Positions 38,101-48,101 of a DNA stretch of 64,000 bases are shown here, piece by piece (positions within the stretch are counted from its first letter, which is position 1; each line of letters begins with the position of its first letter). The stretch is taken from IMG/VR virus record IMGVR_UViG_3300009370_000002. The stretch is one strand, 5' to 3'. A model generated the notes under the pieces. The model was not told the origin of the DNA and did not search any database. It was given only the letters and a program-made list of their open reading frames with translations. Source of the DNA: a virus. Made by a program: the position numbers and the translations under genes.

Positions 38101-41100
38101 AGTCATACTTGGGGCAATAGCTCTGGCAATTCCAAGCCAGCCACGATATCTTCTATCTTCGACATACCATGGTGGTGCTCCATAGGTTCCTCCATATTTC
38201 TTTGGATCAAGAATGTGTACCCTTGGGTTGTGCTTTTTCATTTTCCCAAGCACTTGTTCTTCTTCATCATAATTGTACTCTTCCCCCTCGGGACCAACAT
38301 ATTCAATATATTCCCCGTACACATCCTCTTCCAAATATCCAAACGCAAATCCATCGGGAACAGTTACTGATTGACTGCCACCGTCAAGTTGTCCTTTCTC
38401 ATCAACAGTTGCCACTGTTAGCGGTTCTAACTGATTGTCTCTAGGTATAATATCCAAACAAATATCCCTGACTATAGTGAAGAACTTATCAATTGTAGAT
38501 TCATACGTAGTGTCAGAAACTTTAACATCTATATAATCAAAATGCTTTGAAATTGCTTTAGTCAAAACATGATTTAAGGCAGTTATTCTATAGCGCTCAC
38601 CTTCTACAGCTTGCACTCCGGATAAAAGAGCATCTGTGTCTTCATCCACGTTCATCGAAACAATCAACGGATAATTGGAAAGAAAACCAGTAGCATAAGA
38701 CGGGTTACGTATAAAAGGATTAAGTTTGTCTTTAACTATTATTTTGTAATCAAGATTTTCTCTAAATTCAGGAACCTGGACTTGGGAAACATATTCAACA
38801 GCTTGTACCGGAAAATTTCCATCTTTATATTCCCCAGTCTCGGGATCAGTCTGAATAGGTGGGCACTGATATGTCATTGAATATTCCGATTCCTCTAGCG
38901 CAGGGACATCCAAGTTCATAACTAAACTTTCAACTTTGCCGGGTGGCTCTTCCCAAGTAACTTTAACATCCTCAGACGGAGTTATATTCCCAAGTGGTGA
39001 TAGCTTATACTCAAATTCTTGTTGCAATTCTTGAAATAAATGCAAATTTACTGTTTTTGGAAAAAAACCAGAGTCTGGTACGTGCCATAATAAATCAAAG
39101 TGTAGTCCGGTGTTCTCTATTTGCTCTTCTGAGTCCCAAATCGCGTACTTTGTTAAGAAGAATCTTCTAAAAAAATTGTGCATCACATAGTTTTGACCCG
39201 TTGTGTCAGATAATATATTAGATAAAATAGCACCTCCCCATGGACTGCCTGCCAACCCTTCAGAAAACTGTTGAGCAAACACTTCCCAAATTCTATCCAA
39301 AGAGGCGTTAGACATCGATACTATTTCACCTGGCATATCTACTTTAGAATTGAGTCTGGATTTTTTCAAATCTTTATCGCACTTGTCTTTCTCTGCTGAT
39401 GGATCTGGATCACCCCACTCATCTCTGCCGGGCGGTGGGGATAACATCATCATTAGTGCGTTTTGCACCTGTTCGTTTGGATCCTCAAGAGCATCCTCAA
39501 AAGCTTCCATTGTTCTTCTGTTCCAGTCACCTACTACTTTTTCGGCTACGCCACGAGGGAGCCCGTCAGATTCCAAATTTGATGCTCTAAGGTTGTTCCA
39601 CTGCTCCAATTCATTAGAAGTTAAGCAGATGGTGTCAAAGAAAGGTTCAGTCTCAAAGCTGTCCGGGGGTTCCATGCCCATTGCGGCTCTTATTGAATTT
39701 TTATGATCCAATGGCAAAATGTTAGCCATCTGTTGAAAAACATGAGCGCATTGCTCTGGGGTTCCAAAGAAAGGCACCATCTCAGGAGCATTTCTTCTAA
39801 TGGAGCGAACCACCCTCTTCATCAAGTCAGGGTTTTCCATTGGAAGGAAAAACATCCTCATTACCTCTCCCTTTGTATATTGTGAAGACATTGCCATGGC
39901 AACCTTCTCTGCTGTTTCTTTTGCCTGGGCTTTGTTTGTGATTCCTGCCTTTTGCATGGCTCCTGCCATTGCAGCTTTGGCTTTCGTTTTAGGTGTCTCT
40001 GGTCCACAAAAACCGTCCCTGAACGCCTCAAGAAGGGGGTTTTTATCATAATTGCCGGTAACTGTATCTAATCCTGCTTTACCAAGTGCGCCCAATGCCT
40101 TACAAAGAGCAGATTCTAATTCTATCAAAAACTGAACTGCTATCTTTACAAGAATTGATGCTACAACTTCCCAAAATGCTGCTATGAGAGCATCCATCAG
40201 TAGTCCCCACGGATTTGCAAAATCTCCAAGTGATGGTATTGTAAAATCTATAATTGGATTAGTCGGATCACACCAATCTGGTGATTTAAAATTAAAATCT
40301 AACATCTCTTTTATTGGCGGATCGATTATTGGCTTTTTGGGGCATGTGAAAAAATCAATAACGAAATCTGGAACTGCATCAATTCCGGGCAGTTGTTTCA
40401 GCAATGCCATCATTGTTGAAGTGTTTAGTGCGTCCAAAATAGCCTCTACATATGCCTCCAGCACAATTCCTGTAATTTCTGCTGCTGCTTTTCCAACTGA
40501 AGCTTGTTTTGGGTTTCCAAGTTCTTTCTTCACTTTATCCAATTCGGCTTTTGCTGCCATTTTGTCTTGCATCTTCTTCAATTTTGCCTTATCTTTTTCC
40601 CAATCCTTTGGATCCTTCTTTTCTAAAACATCTAGCTCCTTCTTGGCATCTTCTGCTGCAAATGCCTTGCCTCCTACCAACCTCCCCATTTCTTTGTTGA
40701 TTGTTTTTTTAAGTCTTTCCTCTTCTTTCCAATCTTCGTATTCAGAAGCAAGTTTCTTGAATTTATTGTTCTTCCTGTCAGTAAGAAATTGGGATAACTT
40801 TGCCTTTGCTTTACCAGCAGTTTGAGAAATCGCTGGACCGATCTTTGTCTTTTCCCCAACCCACTTAGCAGCATCTCCTATTTTTTCTGCGCCATCGGCG
40901 ACGATTTCACCAAGCTCTGGTTCAATGGAGATTGTCTTGCCCTTGTTCTCATCATACCACTCTTTGCCTTCTTTCACTTTCTCATCATACCACTCTTTGG
41001 GTTTGCCCTTGTTCTCATCATACCATGAAGCGGTATCCACCTCTTCATCTGGTTCCGGGGGAGTTTCGGTTAAGTCTATATTGTTCTCTTTAGCATACTG

Positions 41101-44100
41101 GATAACATCAGGATGATGCTCTTGTGATGGTGGCGCAGCACTAGGTTTACTTTCACCAGAAAGGGGCTTTTGTTCTGGAAAATCATTAGCAAATTGTGCA
41201 GGACTAAGGTATGCCCTCATTGCTTCCTCCCATGCGATGGCATTTGCCTTGTGCGGAATATTGCCGGGGCCCTTAAAAACTTTATTCATAATAGCCATAT
41301 ATGAGGTATATGCTTTCTCATTTTTGTATTTCCCATCAGGACCTTTTTCCGGCATTGTGATTGTCGTGCGATTGCTTTTTGGCTTAAGAATTTTAATATC
41401 GCCATCATCAGTTAGCCTATATTTCCATGCTCCTCCTTGTTCTTCGCCATCAACATACGTAGGATGTGGTTTGAAATCTGGATCATCACTCGGGCTGTAA
41501 CCTCTAGGTTGCGCTTTGGTTCCCTCGGCTGACGTTGTTGATTCTTCTGCGGTGGCTTTTTCAGCCGCAAGAGCGGAAGGTTTTATGCTTTTCTTTTTTG
41601 GGTTTTTATTCCAATTAGCAGGGTTAAGGAATGCATCAGCATCAACAATAGCTCCTTCGAAAAAGTTTTCTAGCTTTTTATTAACCTTATCACTAATTTC
41701 AATTTGCTTTTCTATCGGCAACCACTCTGTCACAAAGTGAATAAACTTTTCTATTGACAACCTGCCGAGAGTTTTTTTCAATAATATTCCGAGCATACTT
41801 TCCAAATCTATTTGACCCATTAAACATTCTGCTACTTTTTTTAAGCCCATCATCATTCCACATAGACCTATCGAAGACAAGAAGGCTATAACCCCCTCTT
41901 TCGGATCTTCTGGGCGACTTGGGTGATCACCAGTCATATAATCAGCAAATATTTTTATCAAACTGTTTTCGTAATCAAACTGTTCCCATATAGCTGATTT
42001 TATGTCTTCCGAATATGGGTGAGCCTCCCTGAGTTCTTTTAATTTTGCCTTACCGGCTTTTGATTCTTTTAAAATCTTTTCTGCTTCATCGGCACCTTCC
42101 GATTCCATCCATTTGTCTAACTCCTCTTCCGATGATAATTTGATATCAGACACGTACTCATCGTCTGTCTTTTTTGAACCATCGGGGTTGCGGATATTCA
42201 GCATTTCTTCTTTTCTTTTTTGTCTCAATTCCGCTTTAATCGCCTCATACCACTTATAATACTGATCTTGTGCTTCGGCAGACATCGCCCAACGCACCAA
42301 CCCCGGATCTTTTTGAAGAGACTCATCCTTACACATCTCTTTTCGAAGCTTGTCTTTAAAAACATCCCACGTACCAACAACAAGGCCATCTAGTATTTCA
42401 CCCCAACTTTGAGAACTCATCAAGGGAAAACTATCCAAAACGCACCCAAGAGTGCTTTGGTCAGCTTCTGTTTCTCCTTTCGTCGTCAATCCAAGATCTA
42501 TCTTGATGGGTGGATATACAAATTCTTTAGCCCACTCATAGATAGGCTTTTTTTCTTCAGCTTCCATTGTCATAAGAACGGTTCCCTTTTTGCTTAAAAA
42601 GTACAAAAGAGTCTCGTTGTTAACTCTATTCTTAAATCGCTTCAAATATTTAGCCTTTTTGTAAACAACCTTGCTATCTTCATTGGATAGTGGGCCAGGG
42701 GAATCTTCTGGATCTGTTTCTGTCTTTGTTTTTCCCAATGTACTATCTTTTTCAGAAAATGAAACCAAGTTTTTGCTAGTAAGTTTCACTTCTGGGCATG
42801 ACTGCGCTGTAACGTATACATTTTGAATTTGTAGCTTTTCGATATCTCCTACTTTCTTCCTGGCTATTTCAATTCTAACGGATTCAACAGTCTGATTAGT
42901 CCAGTGCTCCCAAAAAGAGAGAGGATTTGATAATATTGATTTTTGATAACTAAACGACCAACGATTTTTATTTAGCAATTTCGCCAACTCAACCTTAAAG
43001 CTTTTCAAAGCTTGAATTACAGGACCGAACTCAAAAGTATCAAATGATGTTGCCCCCTCTTTATCAAACACAATTGAACCATGGTCATTAATTCGAAAAA
43101 TATCATAATCCCAGTTCAAAAGCGTCAAGCCAGTCCACAAAGTTTGGTATTCAGTTGCCCACTCAGCATTCTCTATTTCTATCTCCCCATCTGGATCCTT
43201 CTCATCATCATCATCTTCATCTTTAGAATCCGGCAACAAATCCAAATTAAAGGCGGCTACTTTAACTACATACCTAATTATTTTAGAATTTGGCAACATA
43301 TAAACGCCATCTTCTGGTACTCTTGCCACCCATTCCAAAGCATATGGGTTTATCTGTCCATATTTAGACTCTAATCGCTGAAGGGTGGTTAATATGTCTG
43401 AGCCTAAATATGTTGTTATTTGGGCGTTCATCCTTTCCAATTCACGCTTCTCTTCTTCGTTCCCAAACATCGCATTGCCTAAGTCCCAAAGCTTGGCACC
43501 AACGGTACCCAAAGTACCAGCAACCAACATTGGAATTCCTCCAACTGCACCGACAAGAAATTGTTGCCATACTTCTGGTGGACCTTGTGCCATGCCAGCG
43601 AACAAACTTTTTTCAGCGCGATGCAATTTCATAGCATACGTTTGAATTGCCTTTTTGTTTTTTTCAAGATCTGCTGCGGAGGCAACACACCCACCAAAGG
43701 CACACACTGTTCCATCACTATTCTGCTTTCCTGTCTCGTCTAGCAATTGTCTTATTCCATGCCTAACTCTAACTGGATCTCGTGCCCACGTTAAAAGAGA
43801 ATCGAATTTGAATCTCCTAGGCTGATTTCCGAACGTTTCGAGTGCATCCTCAGGTGCAGCCGCCAAATCGAAAAACTCCACATCATATTCATTTGTTATA
43901 TAATCATCCGCCAGTCTTTGGGCTTGCGCTTCCAAATCTTCCATTTTGTTTTCGGGTATATTAGCAATCCCTTCTTCCGACATGGTAGTTTCAATCAATT
44001 CTTGGAGATATTGATCGTATTTTTCTTTGCGCTTCGCTTCAACATCAACAATCTCTTTCGTATCGAATATCTCTTCAAAATTGACTTCAACAACAGCGGT

Positions 44101-44349
44101 GTACTCACACGTCCTCTTGTCTAAGAAAACCAATTCTTCATATTCCGGATCTTTCCAGTCATCTTCTATCGCCGATTCATCGGGAGTACATGTTGGACAA
44201 TATGGGGCAGCTACTAAAAAGTCTTTAACAGCGCAATCATCTTTTTGCAAATTTTCGAACCCAGTTCTCGAAGGTTGGACAGTGGAGTCGCTTTCTTCTG
44301 GTTGGATATCTGGGTTTGGTACTTCTGGTGTTGGTTTTGGATCTGGCAT
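35152..44349 (-). CDS. Giant hypothetical virion protein, 3065 aa
   Basis: Single uninterrupted ORF between the spike and gp25 genes. Helical and acidic, with a few hydrophobic stretches. Confidence 0.8.
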   Translation of the reverse strand: MPDPKPTPEVPNPDIQPEESDSTVQPSRTGFENLQKDDCAVKDFLVAAPYCPTCTPDESAIEDDWKDPEYEELVFLDKRTCEYTAVVEVNFEEIFDTKEIVDVEAKRKEKYDQYLQELIETTMSEEGIANIPENKMEDLEAQAQRLADDYITNEYDVEFFDLAAAPEDALETFGNQPRRFKFDSLLTWARDPVRVRHGIRQLLDETGKQNSDGTVCAFGGCVASAADLEKNKKAIQTYAMKLHRAEKSLFAGMAQGPPEVWQQFLVGAVGGIPMLVAGTLGTVGAKLWDLGNAMFGNEEEKRELERMNAQITTYLGSDILTTLQRLESKYGQINPYALEWVARVPEDGVYMLPNSKIIRYVVKVAAFNLDLLPDSKDEDDDDEKDPDGEIEIENAEWATEYQTLWTGLTLLNWDYDIFRINDHGSIVFDKEGATSFDTFEFGPVIQALKSFKVELAKLLNKNRWSFSYQKSILSNPLSFWEHWTNQTVESVRIEIARKKVGDIEKLQIQNVYVTAQSCPEVKLTSKNLVSFSEKDSTLGKTKTETDPEDSPGPLSNEDSKVVYKKAKYLKRFKNRVNNETLLYFLSKKGTVLMTMEAEEKKPIYEWAKEFVYPPIKIDLGLTTKGETEADQSTLGCVLDSFPLMSSQSWGEILDGLVVGTWDVFKDKLRKEMCKDESLQKDPGLVRWAMSAEAQDQYYKWYEAIKAELRQKRKEEMLNIRNPDGSKKTDDEYVSDIKLSSEEELDKWMESEGADEAEKILKESKAGKAKLKELREAHPYSEDIKSAIWEQFDYENSLIKIFADYMTGDHPSRPEDPKEGVIAFLSSIGLCGMMMGLKKVAECLMGQIDLESMLGILLKKTLGRLSIEKFIHFVTEWLPIEKQIEISDKVNKKLENFFEGAIVDADAFLNPANWNKNPKKKSIKPSALAAEKATAEESTTSAEGTKAQPRGYSPSDDPDFKPHPTYVDGEEQGGAWKYRLTDDGDIKILKPKSNRTTITMPEKGPDGKYKNEKAYTSYMAIMNKVFKGPGNIPHKANAIAWEEAMRAYLSPAQFANDFPEQKPLSGESKPSAAPPSQEHHPDVIQYAKENNIDLTETPPEPDEEVDTASWYDENKGKPKEWYDEKVKEGKEWYDENKGKTISIEPELGEIVADGAEKIGDAAKWVGEKTKIGPAISQTAGKAKAKLSQFLTDRKNNKFKKLASEYEDWKEEERLKKTINKEMGRLVGGKAFAAEDAKKELDVLEKKDPKDWEKDKAKLKKMQDKMAAKAELDKVKKELGNPKQASVGKAAAEITGIVLEAYVEAILDALNTSTMMALLKQLPGIDAVPDFVIDFFTCPKKPIIDPPIKEMLDFNFKSPDWCDPTNPIIDFTIPSLGDFANPWGLLMDALIAAFWEVVASILVKIAVQFLIELESALCKALGALGKAGLDTVTGNYDKNPLLEAFRDGFCGPETPKTKAKAAMAGAMQKAGITNKAQAKETAEKVAMAMSSQYTKGEVMRMFFLPMENPDLMKRVVRSIRRNAPEMVPFFGTPEQCAHVFQQMANILPLDHKNSIRAAMGMEPPDSFETEPFFDTICLTSNELEQWNNLRASNLESDGLPRGVAEKVVGDWNRRTMEAFEDALEDPNEQVQNALMMMLSPPPGRDEWGDPDPSAEKDKCDKDLKKSRLNSKVDMPGEIVSMSNASLDRIWEVFAQQFSEGLAGSPWGGAILSNILSDTTGQNYVMHNFFRRFFLTKYAIWDSEEQIENTGLHFDLLWHVPDSGFFPKTVNLHLFQELQQEFEYKLSPLGNITPSEDVKVTWEEPPGKVESLVMNLDVPALEESEYSMTYQCPPIQTDPETGEYKDGNFPVQAVEYVSQVQVPEFRENLDYKIIVKDKLNPFIRNPSYATGFLSNYPLIVSMNVDEDTDALLSGVQAVEGERYRITALNHVLTKAISKHFDYIDVKVSDTTYESTIDKFFTIVRDICLDIIPRDNQLEPLTVATVDEKGQLDGGSQSVTVPDGFAFGYLEEDVYGEYIEYVGPEGEEYNYDEEEQVLGKMKKHNPRVHILDPKKYGGTYGAPPWYVEDRRYRGWLGIARAIAPSMTGCKPAEENILQPTAIKRHAKNAKNKAKVNEKIFEGRGDCFYHIPFDRLIGREGKGMIEGCVKAAIRINVIEQLILAIPVLSFVEYNSNNFDNSFGMMIAKRIQQDLAVTDGGWFPRKIEKTNYWLAFLEQAVQMYWRMYDSGDIEEIPPRIEEIYTKIRELQEDYTWKPDMWWGCRKYEGIDSEDALIGRKNRKISLPGHYIDFKTGKKNRGKMISVPVYEYSEPIEASWDEWYSGITDDGTVGRRKTYEKAAELGGIYPENPIDTPNENSNFFKIDKVIKEYEKKPDRKEKWSYTKPRPASQMEWDSAMTNSGTSGRRSTLRELKSKGGVYETMSGITNEAGVQNMEEMQASVQFGGEKYLKVDKILEGYIPAKRMQSTFNFKKQYAHYCALAYQTYGDAIFYSDEELEFGDFWGSPSNSNWQYASCLFAVRSMQEECIEVLAELINMEIKDVFERFNKMWKPEMLHIGQYLLTSEMFEDSELKNIGTRTYEEKLQEGAITDIGTVSHVVSDSSEDIFSSTNKKPIRFKIEKYIRIIEKPDANLPEPFANRDNTLKGVVNLETFQTFIDSTKEEYGEYYLSDLFGTAEKMYSFEFVEIFEILSQRRQELYPQANPEEDEKAKDFADKMDSNHPRQIEEEEGFAKERGIPKTLPTDMPTPWIFETIEEYTIAFSEAQMGAFKRRSLKDVDADGKEIEVEYGTVMLPHAFIDQDWFKDAIQGIVEIQDTAPTEYRGEQGLRYGIRIVVNLPAGTTELKGFKPPTSKESEITSLEKCFYVGDGSAQSFSFPLASTEIDVIDSKVENFNWKIEGGDGLYPFDLDCLLRQIVKTPEYRAVFNYISNPRCVTSMCAILSNISFDSGIGFKDGWVRWRSIEGKNSDGDDETFEGSAGAEDAWDRAHFRDAKKFLRKMFSGFYLANDFESPEVDLFEFSNILKIIGGGVQTWLKQMGGQVSWWWRRNFRPNPFDANGEECKSEYDKLFD
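40938..41025 (-). repeat. Three 10-aa WYDE(N/K) repeats (30-nt period) within the giant ORF
   Basis: SWYDENKGKPKEWYDEKVKEGKEWYDENKGKT. TTCTCATCATACCA occurs three times. Confidence 0.8.
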
Positions 44350-44358
44350 TTTGTTTCC

Positions 44359-45420
44359 TTATGTTGTGTTGACGTGGTTGCTATTAATATAATCTCCCAT
44401 CAATGGGTTTAGATAATTTAAATTTTGACTTAATAATTCAAATGTGAATTTTAAAGATTTGGCTTTATTTTTTGCAAAATGCACCCCAGTTCTCGTTGTG
44501 GCGAGAGAGCCTAAGGCAAGTGGGGGGCCAGTTGGGCTTCCAAGGACTCCTCCAAATTCATGAAAATGAGCAGCAAAATAAGTAGTCAGTTCCATTATTG
44601 CATTAGAATTAGCATTAATCATGCTTTGTAAGTCTGTTTGGTTTTTTTGTACCTTTTTTAAATATTTTATTAAGCTTTGGCCCTTCACTACAGGTTGGAG
44701 TGTTTTTGTTTTTTTCTTGTGTAACGGCAAAAACTTACCAAACACACTCAGAATGCCCTTCTTTTTAGGATCAGTATAATTCCCAGCAATAAAATCAATT
44801 CTGCTTTCTCCGGGTTTTATCTTGCCGCCTTTTGAGTTGCGTTCCCCATAGGTACCGCCGCCCTCAAGTCTTGATTTACCAGCTACTATTTTTACATGCT
44901 CTCTCCCAATGAGTCTAACATGGTCAGCTTTTATCCCAACTCCTGATTTATATTTTGCCATTTGTTTACTCTCAGACCCTACCGCTAATCCAAAATATTC
45001 ATCAATGTTGCCTTTTTCGGTTATATAAACTCGGGCGGAATCCTTAAAAAAACTTGGGTCAACCCTCCTAACTTCTTCGATAGCATAAGCAACACCGCCA
45101 CCTGCTTCGCCGGCGCTGTTTTTCTTTTTCCATTTCTTTATGTGCTTCTTGTATTGATATCCGCCAAGCCCACAAACTAAATCAATAGAGCCACAGCCTG
45201 TTCCCCCGTATCCCCCAGCGCCACCGGCTTTGCTTTCATCTCTATCGCGCCCAAGCACAATAAACGAATTGTTATTTCCTTGAATAAGGTTTTCGCTCCC
45301 AGACTCTTTCCACTCTGGGACGTACATACCCTCATTTAAGAATTCACCATACAAGCCGCCATATGGGCTATGCTGGTTACTTAATTCCGTTTCGTCTCTA
45401 TTCTTTAGTTTATCTGTCAT
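44359..45420 (-). CDS. Central spike protein (gp5/VgrG/gpV-like beta-helix) with an HxH tip motif, 353 aa
   Basis: Gly-rich beta repeats (SGVGIKADHVRLIGREHVKIVAG), C-terminal AHFHEFGGVLGSPTGPP, and position upstream of gp25/gp6. Confidence 0.6.
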   Translation of the reverse strand: MTDKLKNRDETELSNQHSPYGGLYGEFLNEGMYVPEWKESGSENLIQGNNNSFIVLGRDRDESKAGGAGGYGGTGCGSIDLVCGLGGYQYKKHIKKWKKKNSAGEAGGGVAYAIEEVRRVDPSFFKDSARVYITEKGNIDEYFGLAVGSESKQMAKYKSGVGIKADHVRLIGREHVKIVAGKSRLEGGGTYGERNSKGGKIKPGESRIDFIAGNYTDPKKKGILSVFGKFLPLHKKKTKTLQPVVKGQSLIKYLKKVQKNQTDLQSMINANSNAIMELTTYFAAHFHEFGGVLGSPTGPPLALGSLATTRTGVHFAKNKAKSLKFTFELLSQNLNYLNPLMGDYINSNHVNTT

Positions 45421-45441
45421 TATTTCTCCTCATTCGTTTTC

Positions 45442-46632
45442 TTATTCTGTTATATAACCATACGGTCGTCTGCCGTGTTTGTACTTTTTCTTATCTTTCG
45501 GCAAAAGAGTCCACCCTATCAACTCTGGTTCCTTTAGTGGGTCAACAGGGCAAAATGGAGTGTCTTTTTTACACTTGAGTGTTCCTGGCTTCACGCCTTT
45601 CCCTCTTTGCTTTAGATAGTTCTTTTCCCACTCTGCTTCGTTGATTTTCGTTGTATCCAGCTTAGTACTAGCATTCACTGGTTTCCAAATTTCCAAATGA
45701 AGGTGTCCTCCAGTGGAAACACCAGTGCTACCTACAGCGCCAATCACATCCTTTTGAGACACGGAAGCCCCAACCTTTAGCGATGAACGCTTCTGCATGT
45801 GGTTATACATCGATATCAAGTTTTCCTTTTGGTGATAAATTTCAACAGAATTACCATAACCACCACTATATCTGTTCCTCACTACAATCCCATCCAATAT
45901 GCAAACTATTGCAGTACCTTGTTTGCCATAATTTGAAAAATCAACTCCGGGGTGCCACTTTCTTCCTACTTTGACATTTCTATACCCATGTCCAGAGGTT
46001 TGATAAAATTGGGGAGAAGGAACCGGTAACCAAGCCTTGTCCCAACCAGAAGGAGGTTGAATCGAGCCTGGCTTATATACTGGTGGTTTTCCTTTTTTGA
46101 ACTTTTCTTCAGATCCTTGTCCATCGCCAGAGCCATAAGAGGTACCTTTAAGTGTCAGAGATTTGTTGAGCGCCAATTTGATAAAATATGTGCCACCCAA
46201 ATTGAGAACCAAAACTGACGCTCCGAAAGTCGGTAATACTTCTACGCTTTCCGTATATGCAAAAAGCATCGTATCAACCAAGGATGCCCTATCGGCTTTT
46301 GTTTTTTTGTTACGAATGTCCCCATAACAATCAGTAGGAGATGTTACATTTGTTGCATAGGCAGAAGACATTATTTGTATCCTGACTTTGTATCTGCCAA
46401 CGCCGTCCCCCAAATCAACAATTTCAGCAGTATGAAAATATTGCCGAGATTGATTTTTAGTGGGCACTAGCTGTGAATTCTCACCTGACAATACAATCCC
46501 ATACCACAAATCGCTTGTGTCTGAAAACAAAACATCTTCAACGGTATCAAACCACCTCGCAACATCATCGGAAAACGTTCCCCTTTTCCTCTTTGGGTGA
46601 TGAGGATTCTTACTTTTATCATATCCTGGCAT
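45442..46632 (-). CDS. Tail-associated M23 family peptidase with an N-terminal gp5-OB-like domain, 396 aa
   Basis: WHPGVDF (HxxxD), YNHM and GGHLHLE (HxH). N-terminal domain shared with the two adjacent genes. Confidence 0.85.
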   Translation of the reverse strand: MPGYDKSKNPHHPKRKRGTFSDDVARWFDTVEDVLFSDTSDLWYGIVLSGENSQLVPTKNQSRQYFHTAEIVDLGDGVGRYKVRIQIMSSAYATNVTSPTDCYGDIRNKKTKADRASLVDTMLFAYTESVEVLPTFGASVLVLNLGGTYFIKLALNKSLTLKGTSYGSGDGQGSEEKFKKGKPPVYKPGSIQPPSGWDKAWLPVPSPQFYQTSGHGYRNVKVGRKWHPGVDFSNYGKQGTAIVCILDGIVVRNRYSGGYGNSVEIYHQKENLISMYNHMQKRSSLKVGASVSQKDVIGAVGSTGVSTGGHLHLEIWKPVNASTKLDTTKINEAEWEKNYLKQRGKGVKPGTLKCKKDTPFCPVDPLKEPELIGWTLLPKDKKKYKHGRRPYGYITE

Positions 46633-46650
46633 ATTATTCTCCTACTTTCT

Positions 46651-48096
46651 CTATTTAATGACTCTTTGATCGCCGCATGGCTCCCAGTGCCATGGCTCAA
46701 TAGCCTGGCCCTTAAGGCACGTTCCCTTTTGACCAAGATATGCCCATGTGATACCGCCAAAGGGTTCCCAACCCGGTATTGGCTCCCTCGTCTTCGGATC
46801 TACTCCCTGTGCGTTTTTCATCATCCACTTCCAATGTTCGCTATCAAAGCCTATTGCCCAACCTTTTTTCTTTAATTTTCCTTTATCCGTGAACTTCCAC
46901 TTACCCCCATTTCCATGAAAGGGGTTTGGGTCACCTTTTTTATGATAATGGCTATGGCTATAATATGGTCTAATGTCTATAGCTTGTGCAAAGCCATGGT
47001 TAGATCTGCCTGGGATAGCAGTCATACATTTGCCTCCTGATACTGACGAGCATCCACGGGGTATTTTTTTGCCATCTTTGTCAACCTTTGCCCGATATTC
47101 AACAGGGCTGGAGCCAGGAACCTTCTCCATCATAAAATCACTAGCTAAACCATCACCTGATTTAGCAGCGCCTTTCCTTCGATTTTTCAATTGTTGTTCA
47201 AAGCTTCTATAGCAACTGGCTTTAAGCTTCTCACCTAAATCTCTTTGATACGCTGCTGCCATTAGCTCAAAACTGTTGTGATAGTCTACAAGCATTTTAT
47301 GACCTGAGCCGGCTGGTTCCCAATTGGTTTTGGATGGTAGTCCTGTGATGTCTGCTCCAGAGTGGGGAAGCCCATTCAAAACCTTCTTTCCATGCCATGC
47401 GGTAACTTTACCATAATATTTCTTTACCCTAGGTCTCAAGTTATGTTTCAAAGCTATACGATTAAGCTCCGGGGTGGAAAGGTTTTGTGGAACTTCGCCG
47501 TATTTATCTTTACCTGTGTAGCCACCTGTGCCGCCCCCAAGACCTCTGCCGCCACGATACTTTCCTTCTGTGCTTGTGCCTGTTCCTGATGTCTTGCTCA
47601 TGCTTAGCGGCTTAGAAATGTTCTCTATAACAAAAAAATCTTCACCTTCTTGCCTTACCATAATTATTGTACCATATGATAGAGCAGTAGCATCAGACGC
47701 TGGGAACACTGAAAATGCGTCTGGGTGGAAACTAATTCTGTTCTGCCTATCTGCTTCTGTAAGTCCACTATCAAGTGGCGATGGAAACATGTCTGTATCG
47801 GTATGCGAACCGATATCGTAAATTTTATTATCAATAAACCTAATTTTGAATTTATACCTGGCTATACTGTCCATGCTGAATATGATACGCTCAATATGAT
47901 TTTTAAGATTTAACGATTGACGAGGATTCCCAAATCCACTCAAAACTACAGCTAGTCTTTCTTTTTCCTCTTGTGATTGAGCATTAGCCTCTTGGGCATC
48001 GTATATTTGATTAAATACAGCAGAACTATACATTCCCCTATTGCTCATAAGAAAATTGTAAAAATCAGAAGTTAATACGTTTTTGTATTTTGCCAT
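46651..48096 (-). CDS. Tail-associated M15 (VanY-like) zinc peptidase with the shared N-terminal domain, ~481 aa (start revised from 48129)
   Basis: SCYRSFEQQ, PGRSNHGFAQAIDI and EPWHW. GGAG SD before ATG 48096. Confidence 0.82.
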   Translation of the reverse strand: MAKYKNVLTSDFYNFLMSNRGMYSSAVFNQIYDAQEANAQSQEEKERLAVVLSGFGNPRQSLNLKNHIERIIFSMDSIARYKFKIRFIDNKIYDIGSHTDTDMFPSPLDSGLTEADRQNRISFHPDAFSVFPASDATALSYGTIIMVRQEGEDFFVIENISKPLSMSKTSGTGTSTEGKYRGGRGLGGGTGGYTGKDKYGEVPQNLSTPELNRIALKHNLRPRVKKYYGKVTAWHGKKVLNGLPHSGADITGLPSKTNWEPAGSGHKMLVDYHNSFELMAAAYQRDLGEKLKASCYRSFEQQLKNRRKGAAKSGDGLASDFMMEKVPGSSPVEYRAKVDKDGKKIPRGCSSVSGGKCMTAIPGRSNHGFAQAIDIRPYYSHSHYHKKGDPNPFHGNGGKWKFTDKGKLKKKGWAIGFDSEHWKWMMKNAQGVDPKTREPIPGWEPFGGITWAYLGQKGTCLKGQAIEPWHWEPCGDQRVIK

Positions 48097-48101
48097 TACT
48101 C

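Noticed and set aside
40938-41025. 30-nt periodic repeat as a regulatory or CRISPR-like element
   Set aside because: In-frame coding repeat (WYDE) of only three degenerate units.
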